A stretch of DNA of 64,000 nucleotides from assembly GCF_009914755.1 (NCBI RefSeq), contig NC_060926.1; one strand, given 5' to 3'. The translations under genes and the position numbers were made by a program. Positions within the stretch are counted from its first letter, which is position 1; each line of letters starts with the position of its first letter. A model generated the notes under the pieces. The model worked only from the letters and a program-made list of their open reading frames with translations. It searched no databases and was not told where the DNA came from. Shown here piece after piece: positions 15,860 to 31,452 of the stretch. Origin of the DNA: the human T2T-CHM13v2.0 reference genome, Homo sapiens.

Positions 15860-17665
15860 ATTTGGCCTTGGCATAAGAATAGATATAAACAAACTAAGAA
15901 TTGATAATCTACAAATAAACCTGCACATTTACAGTCAATTGATTTTATACAAGGTTAACAAAAGAACAGAATGGGAAAAGAATAGTCTTTTCAACAAATG
16001 GTGCTGGGACAACTGGATATCCACATGCAAAAAATAAATAAAGTTGGACCAAATATCTTATTTAAAAATTACCTCAAAATAAAACAGTGAACTGTAACAG
16101 CTAAACCTATAAAACCCTCAGAAGAAAACCCTGGCATAAATCTTTGTGACTGCATTTGGCAGTATTTTCTTAGCTATAACTCCAAAGGAAAAATGGATTC
16201 AATGGACTTCAAAATTGAAAACTGCTGTGCCTGAGAAGACAGTATCAAGAAGTGAAAAGGTAAGACACTGACTAGAAGAAAGTATTTGAAAAGCATGTAT
16301 CTGATAAGGGACTTACATATGTAGGATACATAAAGAACCTTTGCAATTCATAAATAACAAGATAACCCAATTTAAAAAATGGGCAAAGATTTTGAATAGA
16401 TATATTTGCAAAGAAGATTTAAAGATGGGTAATAAGCACATTAACAGATGCTTAATGTAATTAGTCATTAGGAAAAAGTAAATCAAAACCACATGTGTTA
16501 TCACTTCACACCACAGGATGAAACATTTTTTCAATAAAAAAGAGAAAATAAGTGTTAGGAAAAATGTAAAGAAATTAAAACCCTTATCCAATGCTGCTGG
16601 GAATGTAAAGTGATGCAGCCACTTTGGAAAACAAACTGGCAGCTCCTCAAAAGGTTAAGCATGAAGTTACCATACGACCCAGAAATTCCAGTCATGAGTA
16701 TACTCCAGAAAATCAAAAACATATGCAAGCACAAAAACTCATATATAAATGTTTACAGCAGCATTATTAATAAGAGTCAAAAAGTGGAAAGAACCAAAAT
16801 GTCCATCACCTTTGGGTGGGAAAGAACCCAAAGGTCCATCACCTGGTGAATGGATACATAAAATGTTTGATGTATCCATACAATGGAATATCACTCAGCA
16901 ATAAGAAGAAACTGAGTACTGATACTGTATTAGGAGGAGACAGCAAAATGCCTAGGCAGATATGGAAGGGTCCCCAGAGAATCCCCAACCAGCCCCACAA
17001 GTGTTTACACCAGATGTTATGTGCAGATAAGGGAACCTGGACTTGTCTTGCCTGGACATGCCAGCAGCAGACCCGAGGCCCACAAGCACTGGGGGGATGG
17101 GGTGGAGTCACCAGGAATTCACGCCTTATGCAGAGGAGGAACCTGGCCGCTTCAGCTCCTGTGCTCCTGCTATTCAATTGTGAGGTGGAAACCTGTTTGC
17201 AGGACCCCCCTCTTTGCTGAGAGCTTTCCTTTCACTTAATAAATTCTGTCCTCCTCACCCTTCAATGTGTCTGTGTGATTAATTTTTCCTGGTCATAAGA
17301 GAAGAACCCAGATTGAGCTGAACTAAGGAGCAAAAACCCTGCATCAATACCTGCTACAGCACAGATGCAGCATGGAAAATTATGCTAAGTGAAATAAGCC
17401 AGTCACAGTAGACCACTTGCTTTTCATTTCAGAGGCTTATAGGCAAATCTATACAAAGAAGGTGGGTGGTTACCTAGGGCTGAGGGAGGAAGGGAAAACT
17501 AGTGAAGATAGCTAAATGATGTGGGGTTTGTTTTTAGGGTGATGAAAATGTTCTACAATTGATTGTAATGATGACTGCATAACTCTCTGAAAATACTAAA
17601 GTTAGTATATTGTATATTTTAAATGAGTGAATTGCATGGTGTGTTCATTATTTCTCAATGAACCT
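15860..17665 (+). mobile_element. Old L1M fragment interrupted by a solo LTR
   Basis: L1 ORF2 remnants (QPLWKTNWQLLKRL, LPYDPEIP) continue on both sides of the LTR. Confidence 0.82.
16926..17346 (+). mobile_element. ERV1-class solo LTR (MER50-like, subfamily uncertain)
   Basis: TG...CA termini, 4-bp TSD ATAC, internal AATAAA near 17238. Confidence 0.82.
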
Positions 17666-17899
17666 GTTACCCCCCACCCCAAATCAATTTGGTACTAGTG
17701 ATTTTGGTACTAGTGATCTGGAGACAGGTACTGCTTGGTTTCAGATCACTGGCCAGGGTTCAAGGCCTAAGAGAATCAACAGCATGTCCTTTTCATAGAA
17801 AAAGAGATTTATATTTTAAAAGCTATCCTTTTCATTAGTTTCAAGTCTGTAAAATTAAATGAAAAATCTTTCACTGCTTAAAGCACTGACAGATTTATA

Positions 17900-18260
17900 T
17901 TGAGGAATAAGACCTTGTTTTCTTTGGCCCCAATTTCTATCTAAACGGTCTGGGAATCACACCCTTCAAACTATCAAATCTCATCAGATGGGTTTTATTA
18001 ACTCCTATAATGTGGCTTCCTTTCTAACCTGATTCTGGTGCAGCATCACAGAGAGAAGAAGCTGAAGGAAATCAAAATATTTTACCCCCAAATATATTTT
18101 TTTGTCATATTTTGAAATGGCTGCTGCAGGGCCAAGAGATTGAAATGGCCCTCATTAACGTAGCCCAATCTCTCCCCTTCTAGGTCTTCCCAGATCTGGG
18201 GAAGATTAACTAAGAGCCTGAGGCATTGAAAGTCTGAAAATATATATTTGCCCTCTATTT
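17900..18260 (+). mobile_element. MER4-group LTR fragments (MER39-like)
   Basis: tgaaggaaatcaaaatattttacccc start motif at about 18063; recognised from memory. Confidence 0.45.
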
Positions 18261-18352
18261 TCTCAACATATTTTGGCAGAATTTGGGTTTTCCATTATCA
18301 ATATTTTCCAAAATTACATGATTTTTAATACCAAAACTGATTTAAAATTACC

Positions 18353-18857
18353 ATACGTTGGAATATAAATTATTCTATTATAAAGATACATGCATTTGTA
18401 TGTTCATTGCAGCACTATTCACAACAGTAAAGCCATGGAATCAACCCAGATGTCCATCAGTGATAGACGGGATAAAGAAAATGTGGTACACATACACCAT
18501 GGAATACTATGGAGCCATAAAAATGAATGAGATCATGCTTTTTGCAGGGATATGGATGAGCTCAAAGCTGATATCTTCAGCAAACTAATGCAGGAAGAAA
18601 AAACCAAACACTGCATCTTCTCACTTATAAGTGGGAGCTGAATGATGAGAACACATGGACTCGGGGAGGGGAACAACAAACACTGGGGCCTGTTAGGGTC
18701 AGGAGGGAGAGCATCAAGATCAATAGCTAATGCCTGCAGGGCTTAATATCTAGGTGATGGATTGATAGGTGCAGTAAACCAACGTGACACACGTTTACCT
18801 ATATAACAAACCTGCATGTCTCACACATGTAATCTAGACCTTAAGATAAAATAATTT
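18353..18857 (+). mobile_element. L1P 3' end, antisense to the gene
   Basis: ORF YKDTCICMFIAALFT...; flanked by TSD-like aaattacc. Confidence 0.9.
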
Positions 18858-18862
18858 TTTTA

Positions 18863-19024
<162 letters not shown>

Positions 19025-19225
19025 TCAACTATTTTTGAGTAAATATTTAATAATTGTTTAAACATCTGTTATGGCATATCAAAGAAACAAATCTATAAAC
19101 TATGTTCCTTTCAGTTTCAACTGAACATAGTTTGAAAGCATTCTATATGAAATTATAATCTTAAATAATATGAAGAACAATTTTATGGCATATATGGCAG
19201 GTAAAGTGATATTATAGCCATACAG

Positions 19226-19589
<364 letters not shown>

Positions 19590-20474
19590 TAACCTATTAC
19601 TAAATATAAGCCATAACCCAGAGATGAGTAACCAAGATAAAAAAGTAAAACACATACGTTTAAAAAGACACAAAAGTACATTTTGATACCCATTGACCAC
19701 AGTCTATCAGAAGAAAAAAAAGTACACACAAAAAGCATCAAGGAGATCATTCAATGTAGAAAAAGAGAAGAAAACATCTTTAATATCTGAGTTGAGGAGA
19801 AAAAGGATACAGGCAGTTTTAGAAAAAAGGAAAGGGGCAGAGAGATGTGTGACGATTTAAAGACTTTGAAGAAGAGATCTAGACATCTTTGCTGACATAA
19901 TGTCAACAAAATGAAAGAGATACAAAACCATGTAGAGAAAGGCAATGACAGAAAAATGTTGATTCGAATCAGAAAACCAAATTAAGTGCTCAGTAAATAA
20001 AATAGGAAAGTAGCTGTGTTCAGGGCTTCAAAGACAGATTCCATTGTTTTAAAAAAAATCTGTGATCAAAACATGAATGTTCATTTTACTTTTTCTTTAA
20101 GTTATACATATATTTTTATATATATGAAATTTATTTATGTAAAACAAGTTTAATAACATGTATACTTCATGTATACAACAGACGTACTCATGTACAATGA
20201 GTAAATTTCCATATGTTTTATATCTAAAAGAAAAAGAAGCAGAAACAAAATATAAGCTACATATCAAGATAAATTTGATGTTAACGTATGACACAAACAG
20301 GTCTTCTTTAAACAATTTGAGTGCAGCAGACGATACTACAAAAGGAAGAAAAAATGACCACAGACAGCAAAAAATATCTTCAGAAATAAAAATTCAAACT
20401 AGATAATGAAGAGTGCACCGGACACTATATGTCCAAGGCATGGTCATTGTTTTCAAAATCATTAAAGAATAAGT

Positions 20475-20760
20475 GGCCGGGCATGGTGGCTCATGTCACT
20501 TTGGGAGGCCGAGGCGGGCAGATCACGAGGTCAGGAATTCAAGACCAGCCTGACCAACTTGGCAAAACCCCGTCTCTACTAAAAATACAAAAATTAGCCG
20601 GGTGTGGTGGCACATGCCTGTAATGCCAGCTACTCAGGAGGCTGAGGCAGGAAAATTGCTTGGAGGCATAGGTTGCAGTGAGCCAAGACCACGCCATTGT
20701 ACTCCAGCCTGGGAAACAAAGCCAGACTTTTTCTCAAAAAAAAAAAAAAAAAAAAAAAAA
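20475..20760 (+). mobile_element. Alu with internal deletions
   Basis: Alu dimer, long A-tail, TSD aaagaata. Confidence 0.92.
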
Positions 20761-20998
20761 GAATATTTTGGCATTCAAAAAAAATTTCACCTTGCCCCAG
20801 CAGCTCAGCTGACTCCCGCCCCATGACACACATGTCTAAAAAGTTGTGCTGTGAGTTTCTGAAATACATTTTAAAATAGAATTCATTTAATTATGAAAAT
20901 GCAAACATAAAATGAATTTGTATCTGTTTTAGTCAAGTAAAATTAGCGTTAAATCAATTAATAAATGGTTAACATGTTCTACAATATGAAAACCATAC

Positions 20999-21111
20999 CC
21001 AGTTGCCTCTTCTTCTAATTCATCATTTTTCTTTCTTATTCGATTCACATTATACTTCAGTGATGATATTAACTCAAAAAGTTTTCTTAATTCTTCATTT
21101 TCTTTTTTAGG
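20999..21111 (-). CDS. Downstream exon (113 nt): PKKENEELRKLFELISSLKYNVNRIRKKNDELEEEAT(G)
   Basis: ttttaag|CCT...TGG|gtatgg; open and in phase; ANKRD18-like. Confidence 0.8.
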
Positions 21112-21890
21112 CTTAAAAAAAGTGTTTAAAATTATTTTTGTAAAATCTGTAGACCCTCTTTTATCTCAAACATATTATTTCTCATAAGTGGATGAGTAAT
21201 ATGTATTTAGGCAGGTGTATAAAGTGCATTTTATAAACCTGATGCCAATAAGGTCAGATTTCAATAATAGTCACTTTTCTTAAAACTGCTAAAAATGATT
21301 CAAATTTTCATCATTATCTTTTCTGAAATTTAAACTGCCAACAATGTTCGTTACAAATGAGGGTTTTTACACAAAAAATACTAAGTGTTAGTTAAAAAAA
21401 AAAAAGAGTAGTTATATTTACATTTTAGTTTTTAAAGATGCTCTAGAAATATTGTTTTTAATAGTTTAAGATATTCCAAGTTTTCTTAAATTATATCTTA
21501 CTAAGACAAATTTTAGAAAACTCTTATCTAGTTCCCATTACATTTTTCATCCTCATCTGTCTTCAGGCTGAGCTAAACACTGTCATTCTAAGTATTCACC
21601 CATAGGTTTCAGTTTTTCCCTTTCTCTTAACCATTTCTCTTTAAATAAAGTTTATTTTTTCTATAATAAACAAAAACAACTTTTGTCTACTTTTTGTGGC
21701 TTTTCTATTATCCTGTTTCTCCCCTTCCATTGGACTCTATGACACATGGTCTCATTCAGAAATATTTTTTCATCAATTATTGTGTTTTTTATACTGAAAT
21801 CTGATTTTTAATAATTCCAATAAAAAAGTCCAAGGGTCATGAAGGACTTTATCCTACTTTACTCAGCAGAGCAGTGACCAAATGCTCCCT

Positions 21891-22326
<436 letters not shown>

Positions 22327-22616
22327 AGCTATTTCACTTTTTAAATTCTCTCAGGACTCCTAAAATCTCCTAAACTTTTACCTAGATTCCCTAATCTACA
22401 TTTCTAGCTCTGACCTTTTTCTTGAGGTCTCTTCCTTCTAGAACACATATTATAGACAATATTCTCCACCACATGCTCATACATTGCTACTTGGTGCAGA
22501 TTACTTTTGTAGATAGTGAATCTTGTCTATTTTATGTTGGTTCTTATTGATGTTACTTTGAGTATACTGTTATTTTCTAATCTCAAAGGGGGACTATCTC
22601 ACTGTTACGATACTAA

Positions 22617-23006
<390 letters not shown>

Positions 23007-23393
23007 TGAGAATCAGATTATCAATTGTTTGCCTTTATTTTCTTTTAAAGAATTTCCTTTCCCATAGACATATGGCATGATGAACATCTTGTTCTAAAGT
23101 TCCTTTTGGGGGACACTTAACTATGTCATTGGGAGGCTTCAGTAAGTAGAGATCTCCCTTCTTCCCATTCAAGATTCTTCATCTCAAAATGGTGTCTACC
23201 AAATGTCTTAATCCAGGTAGTCCTTTGCTTAGAAATTCATGAAATAAGAACCTTCTCGAGAAGTTAGAGGCATTGATTGAGATGGTTTAAAGCTGCCCCT
23301 TATTATATGTTTTACTCCCAAGGTAGACATCAAAGTGGCTAATAATTCTATGTCTGATATCTAACTCACTTCTATGGGAATCTATACAACATG

Positions 23394-23670
23394 TTTTATT
23401 TATGAGACAGAGTCTCCCTCTGCTACCTAGGCTGGAGTGCAGTGGCTTGATCACTGCTCACTGCAGCCTCAATATTCCAAGCTCAAACGACCCTCCTACC
23501 ACAGCCTCCCAATGTAGCTGGGACTACAGGCATGCACCACCATGCCTCAGCTAAGTGTTTAAAAAAATTTTTTTTTTTTTTTTTTTTTTAGAGACAGGGT
23601 CTCACTATATTGCTCTGGCTGCTCTCAAACTCCTGGGCTCAAGCAATCCTCCTGCCTCAGCCTTCCAAAA
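23394..23670 (-). mobile_element. AluJ-like, 5'-truncated
   Basis: Diverged antisense Alu with a long central T-run. Confidence 0.85.
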
Positions 23671-24769
23671 CCAGGTGTTTAACTGGGGACTAACATGAAG
23701 CACTTAGAAGACTACATGGAACATAGTGAGCTACATAAAATATTTGCTATTAGCATAATAATTTTATTGTATATCTTAACAAAATTGTGTGTTTTACGCA
23801 GGTGGCATGCCAATGGAAGTATTCTCCTATAGCTGCACTGAATCATTCTTACCACTGAGAGTTGCAGCAAATGGGGGACATAATTTATAACTTACTTTTC
23901 TCTCTGTATGACTCATTAGGCAATGACTATGTATGTACTACAATGTAAATAGCACCTCCTGGATGGAATAGTATGTAACTGACATGACCAGCAGAGACAG
24001 GCTAAAGACACTGAGCTGAAAACCCTGGACTCTATTGCTAAGTCAAGGCTCCTGAATCCGTTCACTCTGAGCAACTGTTGCTGTGGTGCTGCCTTCACAA
24101 GCACTCTGCTGAGTACTGAGATTGAGGGGCTGTGCTATCCTTCATCAGACAAGCTGCACCCAGAACTGTTCAGCTGACAGACTGGGAGCAATCCAGAAAC
24201 ACAGTAATGGCTACATAGTGAAAAAAGGCCAATTGAGATTCTTTTTCATAGAGAGAAAAACATAAACACGTGATTGAACGCATCTCCTGTGTTAGACTAA
24301 TTGGGTTAGATTTGATATTTAATTGCTAAAAATACATTTAGAATATAACCTTACTGTGTCAAGGTCTCAAAGAAGAAATAATTGGTATGGTATAAAGGAT
24401 TGAATTGTATGCTACAAACCTCTAAGCTAAAATATTTTCAATGTATGCAAGGATAGGTGGCATACATATTATATATTATTCCCCCATTAAGCAAATTTAT
24501 AATGAGAGAAAATTATCTTCCATAAAAAAAAAAGCCATGTAAAATTAAGGACTAAGTTTTTCAGCACAGACTAGACAACGATTGCTAACACATAAGGTCA
24601 ATGAGAGAACAGTCAGAGAAAGCTTCATGAAAACAAAAAAATTGTCTGCCAGGTCTGAATGAATGAGGCTAGATGAACAGAAACTGAGAAGGCAGAAAGG
24701 ATAGCATGAGCAAGACAAGTGCTGAAATCTGCCCAGTTAACTCTGAGGATAAAGTCCAATGGCAGGGAA

Positions 24770-25275
24770 ATAAAAACCTGTGTCCACATAATAACCTGTA
24801 AGTGAATGTTCACAGCAGCATTTTTCATAATAGCTAAAAAGTGGAAACTAACCTAAAGGTCCATCAACTGATGAATGAATGGAAAACCAGTATAGCCATG
24901 GAATAGAATATCATTTAACTATAAGAAGAAATAAACTATGAATGTGTGCTAAAACATGCATGAATTCTAAAAACATTATGCTAAGTGAAAAAGCCAGTCC
25001 CAAAGTATACATATACATATTGTATATGTATACATATTGTATAACTCTATGTATATGAAACATGCAGAACAGGCAAACATATGGAGACAAAAGTAGACAG
25101 TGGTTGCCTACAACAGGGGTAGGTGGAGGGACATGGAGGAAGGCTGCAGTCATGCCTAGGAGATGTGGGGTCACTTTTCAGGGTGATGAAAATGCTGTGA
25201 ACATACTAATAGATACTGAGTTGTACATTTTAAATGGTTGAACTGTCTGATACGTGAATGACATCTCAGTGAATT
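24770..25275 (+). mobile_element. Old L1M 3' fragment
   Basis: tgttcacagcagcattt...aaacattatgctaagtgaaa L1M-type motifs. Confidence 0.7.
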
Positions 25276-25882
25276 TTTTAAAATCCAAAGGCAGGATCAA
25301 GATAATTTTCTCAACTCTTAATTTTTGATGTACATGCTATATCAAATCTAAATATTTCTACAGTTTTACAGTATATTTTAAATAAAAGATAGATAAAGAA
25401 AATGCCTAACTTTTCAAATAGTTTGTAAATTAACCTAAAACATGCACATTTCAAAGAATAGTATAACGGCCTTTCTGTACAAGTTAACCTAGAATCTGTG
25501 AAACAAATAGACACAGATTCTGTGTCCATTCACAAAAGTGAAGAAATAAGACAATTTTCTGGAACATTCCATGAAACATTCTCCTCTGATTTAATCTGGC
25601 CTGCCTCATCAGAGAAATACAAAAATTACTTAAAAATACTGTTTAACAGGAAAAAAGTCAATTTTCTATGAGGAATGATGTATAATTCTCAACTTTTCCA
25701 AGGGTACATATTGTAAGAGAAAAGGTATGCAATGGTTTTTCAAAATGGTAGAATGAAAGTCACAACATAAAAAAATAATTATAAAGATAGTAAAATGGAA
25801 ATCATTCATTATAATGAAAATAAAAAATCAAGCTTCTGCCAAAATTAGTATCCTAAAACATGTTATATAATTCAACTAGCTA

Positions 25883-26122
<240 letters not shown>

Positions 26123-27214
26123 TTAATAATGTTTAATTCTAACATATCTACTTTGAAAATTATCACCACACATATCAATTCACCTTCTTTTAATCACATG
26201 TACACATTTTTATGTATTACTGAATTCAGTGAGGGATGCAGAATATGTTCTCTTCCTGCCAAATTGGTATTCTCTTACTTACACAACAGATTCATTCCAA
26301 CATTCAATCATCTCAGAAGCTCAACTCAGCCTCAAAGTTCCTAACATATTCAATCACCTGTTCAAATCCTTCCAACAGATTCCTATCTCAGAATAAAAGT
26401 AAAATTCCAATGGCCTTTGAGGCCCTAGGTAAAAAGGCCTCTACCTCCCTCTCTGACTTCAAAGCTCCTACAACTCCCTCCTGTAATTACTCCATTCCCA
26501 CTGTATGTGAAGCCTGCCACCCCTCAGTCTGAAAATGGAGATGTAATGCCTAACTCGTAAATCACAGACAGCTACAAGTATCTTTGTACTGAACAAAATT
26601 ATATTCCAATGACAGTCATTGAGCCTTGAAATAAAAATTATGACCTAATTATTAATATAAATATTCAAAGTAAACTATAAATACCAGTGGGAAGACTAAA
26701 CCAAATATAGTTTTGCTAAGTTTTACCACATTTCTCCTAAATTATGATTTTATAACAAGTAGGTGCCTTTAAAACATTACGTGGTCATAAAAATACGTAA
26801 TTTGACATATTTTCAGATTTGTTAAATTAATATGAATAATAACAAAGCTATACCAACTAAAATACATAAAAAGCTAGTTAAAGCAAGGTACTACAAGACA
26901 CAGCAATACACTTCAATTCATCTGGGGAATCTAGAATTAAGTGTCGAAGAAAATCACTTAATTAAATTTTAATTTGAAAATACTTCAGGTGTAAACATTT
27001 CCATTTATAACTACATTATGGTCTTAACATGTGGCAACATAAAGACATTAAAATTACTATTTCAGCAGTACAGAACTATCTACCTTAAAATATGACTCTG
27101 TGCCTAATAAAATTTCATAGGTGACACAATGTCTTTTCTCAAAGTAAATCATCTCTCACCTCTTTTATTTCCTAGAAATGAGGCATGTTTCTAAGCCGAT
27201 ATAGTAAACATTTT

Positions 27215-27495
27215 TCCTTTTTTATTAAAACAGCTTTGTTGAAATATAATTTACATACTATAGAATGTATCTGTTTTGACTTAAAGTTAAAAGATTTTTA
27301 GTACATTTACTGAGTTGTGCAGCCATCTCTACAATCCAACTTTAGAGCATTTCCATCACTGTAAGATTCCTCATGCCCATTAGCAGTCACTACCAGCTTC
27401 CAGCCCCAGCCCCTTGCAAACATTAATCTACTTTTTGTCCCTATACATTTATCTTTTCTGGATGCTTCATGTAAATGGAATTATACAGTATGGTA
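27215..27495 (-). mobile_element. Old L1M 3' end, sense to the gene
   Basis: cagctttgttgaaatataatttacatac...gagttgtgcagccatc is an antisense L1M 3' terminus. Confidence 0.68.
27221..27226 (-). terminator. Candidate poly(A) signal AATAAA for the short isoform (second hexamer at 27164-27169)
   Basis: First AATAAA I found downstream of the stop codon, about 330 nt away. Confidence 0.5.
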
Positions 27496-27558
27496 AACAC
27501 ACTTTTTATCTAGATTTTTATATTCAACTAAGTTCAACATGTATCCAGAACCAAATGT

Positions 27559-28533
27559 TTAAATTTTCTTTCTAGAAGTTTGAAAATATTTATCTTCCTT
27601 GATACTTACTACTCCTTCTGCTTTCTCTCTCTCATACTGAAAGAGACTTTCTTTTAAATGATCACATTCATTCATTAGCTTCTTACTTTTCTCTTCTAGT
27701 ACGAGGTCTTTCTTTCCACTCTCAATAAAGCCTCTTTGGATATTAGTTACTATCTCTTTATGATCCTCTTTCTGATGAACGTCATCTAGTTGCTGTACAA
27801 GCCACGCATTTTCACGTTGGAGGTGACATATCCTCTCTTCTACACAGTTCCACTTTCCAGTGGAATTATTCACTTTAGCTTCTGCATTTTGATACATCTC
27901 TTTCATTTCCTGTGTTTGCTGCTGTGTTTTTCTTAGGTCATTTTGTACAGTTTCTAAAGCCAATGACTTTTTTCTGAGACTATCTCTTGTCTTACGGAAC
28001 TTATCTTTTAAGGCATTGAATTTAATTTGTGTTTCAGAAAGTTGTTCAGTAAGAAACTCATTCTCATCTTTTACTTTGGAAATAGCAGAACTCATTTCTA
28101 CTTGTACAGAAACATCTTGTGTTCTCTCTAAAGCAAGTTTTACGTTTCTTTCTGTTTTCACACTTTCACTGTGTTTACCTATAGCAGCAGCCAGTCTAGA
28201 CTGATAAGATTCAATGTCAGCTTCCAGTCTTTTCTTGCTTTCTTTTTCCTTCAACAGTTCGGCATTGAGCCTTGTATTCTCAGCCTTGAGATCATTAAGC
28301 TCTTGTTGATACCGGAATGCTGTTTCTGTTATCATTTCCTCATTGAGTTTTATATACTTTTCAAGGGCAGCATTTGTTTCTTTAACAATTTTAATGTCCT
28401 TAAGATATTTATTTTCTTTTTCCAAGTTGTCATTTTTCATTGTACATATTTCCTGTCTGAGTATGGCAATATCTGCCTTCAAAATGCAATTTTCATCCAT
28501 CAGACCTTTCGTTTCTTCATGATTATGAAAATC
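27559..28533 (-). CDS. ANKRD20A: Large coiled-coil exon, ANKRD20A-type terminal exon (DFHNHEETKGLMDENC...KYFQTSRKKI*); internal donor after 27610
   Basis: tatttag|GAT acceptor in frame with the 313-aa ORF 27559..28500; E/K/L/Q-rich; GTA|gtaagt inside the ORF. Confidence 0.95.
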   Translation of the reverse strand, partial: DFHNHEETKGLMDENCILKADIAILRQEICTMKNDNLEKENKYLKDIKIVKETNAALEKYIKLNEEMITETAFRYQQELNDLKAENTRLNAELLKEKESKKRLEADIESYQSRLAAAIGKHSESVKTERNVKLALERTQDVSVQVEMSSAISKVKDENEFLTEQLSETQIKFNALKDKFRKTRDSLRKKSLALETVQNDLRKTQQQTQEMKEMYQNAEAKVNNSTGKWNCVEERICHLQRENAWLVQQLDDVHQKEDHKEIVTNIQRGFIESGKKDLVLEEKSKKLMNECDHLKESLFQYEREKAEGVVSIKEDKYFQTSRKKI

Positions 28534-29700
28534 CTAAATAAAACAAAAGAAAGTTTTAGCTAGTACTCAATAAAATAACATATCATGATTACCTCTGAAG
28601 TTAAAGAATAACCTGCACATCCGTACACTAAAAAGTTTACCATAAGTGGATATCCACCTGGAGAAAAAGTTGAAGCAAAACTTTGAACCTTATAGAGCAT
28701 AAATTCCAGAAAGTTCAGAAATGTATTTAGAGTCAATGAATTTATAAAAGTAAACACACACACGCACACCAGAGAATTTTTAAGAATATCGGAATTGGAA
28801 AAGCCTTTCCCTGAATTACAACAAACTCAAAAGCATAAATTAAAGCATTAACAAATTTGACTAAATTAAGATATATCAAAAAATTGCATTTACACTTTGA
28901 TATCTAACCCATACACCACCCTATAGTAAGAACTTTTGTTCACACGTATTTGGACAGATAAAATTTCCCAGAGTTATTACAGTTCTGTTTCACCGATAAC
29001 ATTCTATTTCAGTTTGACTCTTTTAACACTTTTATAGTCAGTTATAAGAATTACATTCACTAAGTCATAAACTAGACATTATACTAGTCACTCCTATATA
29101 CATTCATTGATGAACTCATCTAGTTACCACAATTTTGAAAAAGAAATGTTAAAAATATAAGCAAGCTACAGGATTTTCCCCAGGACTTCTGACTCTACTT
29201 CTAGTTCTCCAACAGATCACAGTTACTTCTGTGGTGTAAATACATCAATACGAAAGAAAACTTTTATTTCAAAACACCAACAGTAAATAAGATAAAATTT
29301 ATAGAGCTCTTCTTAGAATATCATGAGATTATTTGTGATTGCAATAATTTCTGTTTCCTCTTTATAATATTAGGTGCAGTAATCAATATGAAATAGGGGA
29401 AAGTACAAGGAAAAATTTTACCTGGAACAAAATTTTTATCAATAGGTTATCACTAAGTATATATTATGGCATATTATTGTTTTCAAAAGCTCTTTGTAAT
29501 AAAATAATATCCTATGTGGATGCCAAGATTTATAATAAATATTAATAATTGTACCTGTAAGTGTCATCATTCATTTTTAAAAATGAGATAAAATTTCTGG
29601 TTTTAGACCTAAACAATATATATTAAATCAAGTGGACATTATAAGTAACAGTGATAAGATAAAGTTTAAAATATAGAATTTTTACCAAAGATTGATTTAC

Positions 29701-29881
29701 CCGATTTGGAGTATTTCTTGCAGTCTTTGATTTCATCTCTAGTGACTGAACAGTTGGTTCAAGTTGTTTTGCTTCAACTTCTTTCTTATATTGTTTCTCT
29801 TTCCTTTCTAATTCTTCTCTATTTTTTTTGTACAGCATATTAACATTTGTTTTTTCTTCATTTTCTTGTTTTAAGGTGCAT
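29701..29881 (-). CDS. ANKRD20A: Exon (181 nt): CTLKQENEEKTNVNMLYKK...KTARNTPNR
   Basis: ctgcag|A...CGG|gtaaat; inside ORF 29623..29937. Confidence 0.92.
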
Positions 29882-30937
29882 CTGCAGATAAAGACATTTA
29901 TCTTAAAATTCATTTTGTTAAAAAATAAAGAGTTCATCCTGTGATATACCTCTGCAGATGTTTATTATCCTAATAAAATTTCTATGTTCTGGATTATTTT
30001 TCCTTTGCAGTTCTCAGATATTTAATTTCTCACTTCAACATCTTCAAAAGAATGCATATACTTGAAAAGTAGTAAGGAAAGAATATTCTGCTAAAGTTTT
30101 TGTTACTATTCACTCTAATATATATTATAAAAAAGGATACCAGAGATAATTCAGTAAAGTTACAGGTTCAAAATTACCTTTTTAAATCACACAGTCATAA
30201 TTACTCCCTAATTAGAAAAGATCATTTACAATCAACTAAATTTTTAAAGTTACTATTTATTGACAAGCGTATAAGTTCACTAGAAATAAATTTTCATCTT
30301 TATGAAATATTGCGGTGTTTCTCCAAATGATTTACAGAGTGAGATGACACCTTCAGATGTCTCTCACACAAACTATATCTGCAGATGACTGTCATCCAAA
30401 ACTAGGCTAAAGAGTCTAACATCTGTTTCCCCACACTTTTTATAATTATTTCTTAATACTTTCAATTCACCTTCTTATTACATATATTTTATACATTCAT
30501 TAACCTATTGTTCATTATGTGTAACATATAATTAATGCCCTTAATAAGTGTGTGTATGTTTACACAAGTTATGTTTTCCTGTGAAATCTAGTCCCAGAAG
30601 TGGAGTTGTTGAGTTAAAGGGATGTCAGGCTATTTGAAATTTTGATACACAGCACTAAGTTAACCTTCAGAAATAATTTACTAATTTCCTATACCAACAG
30701 TGTATGAGAATGCCTTTTTCCTCACATTTGCCAACACTAGTAATTACTTCTTAAATATCAGCATGACTTTACAAAATATATCTTATTTTATGTTAATTTG
30801 CATTTTTCTGATTACCAGGCAGGGCTAAATACCCCTGGTAAAAATATAAAACTTGTTAATCATAAGGAATATTAGTCCAATTTTGAATTAGTTTATAGCA
30901 CAATGACAATTATCTCCTGTGAAATACTACTATAGGC

Positions 30938-31270
<333 letters not shown>

Positions 31271-31288
31271 ACACTGCTATAGGCTTAC

Positions 31289-31452
31289 TTATCATGCTCT
31301 TCCTTCAGCTTCTTGGGAAATTGCTGAGGATACGTTTTCCCAATCTTTCTTTGTTGGGTTAATCTGCCAGCAGCAGCAGAAGATGTACTATCACATATAT
31401 TTTCTGAAAGTTGTATTTTTTCACTTTTGTTTGTATTATTTCCTTTTTTGAC
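31289..31452 (-). CDS. ANKRD20A: Exon (164 nt): VKKGNNTNKSEKIQLSENICDSTSSAAAGRLTQQRKIGKTYPQQFPKKLKEEHD
   Basis: attaaag|GTC...TAA|gtaagc; phase 0 to 2 (ends GAT AA), open frame. Confidence 0.9.

Noticed and set aside
25492-25520. Inverted repeat gaatctgtg...cacagattc
   Set aside because: A 9-bp stem is expected by chance in 64 kb and too short for a pre-miRNA.
28016-28563. Plus-strand ORFs of 62 and 130 aa
   Set aside because: Antisense shadows of the large coiled-coil exon.
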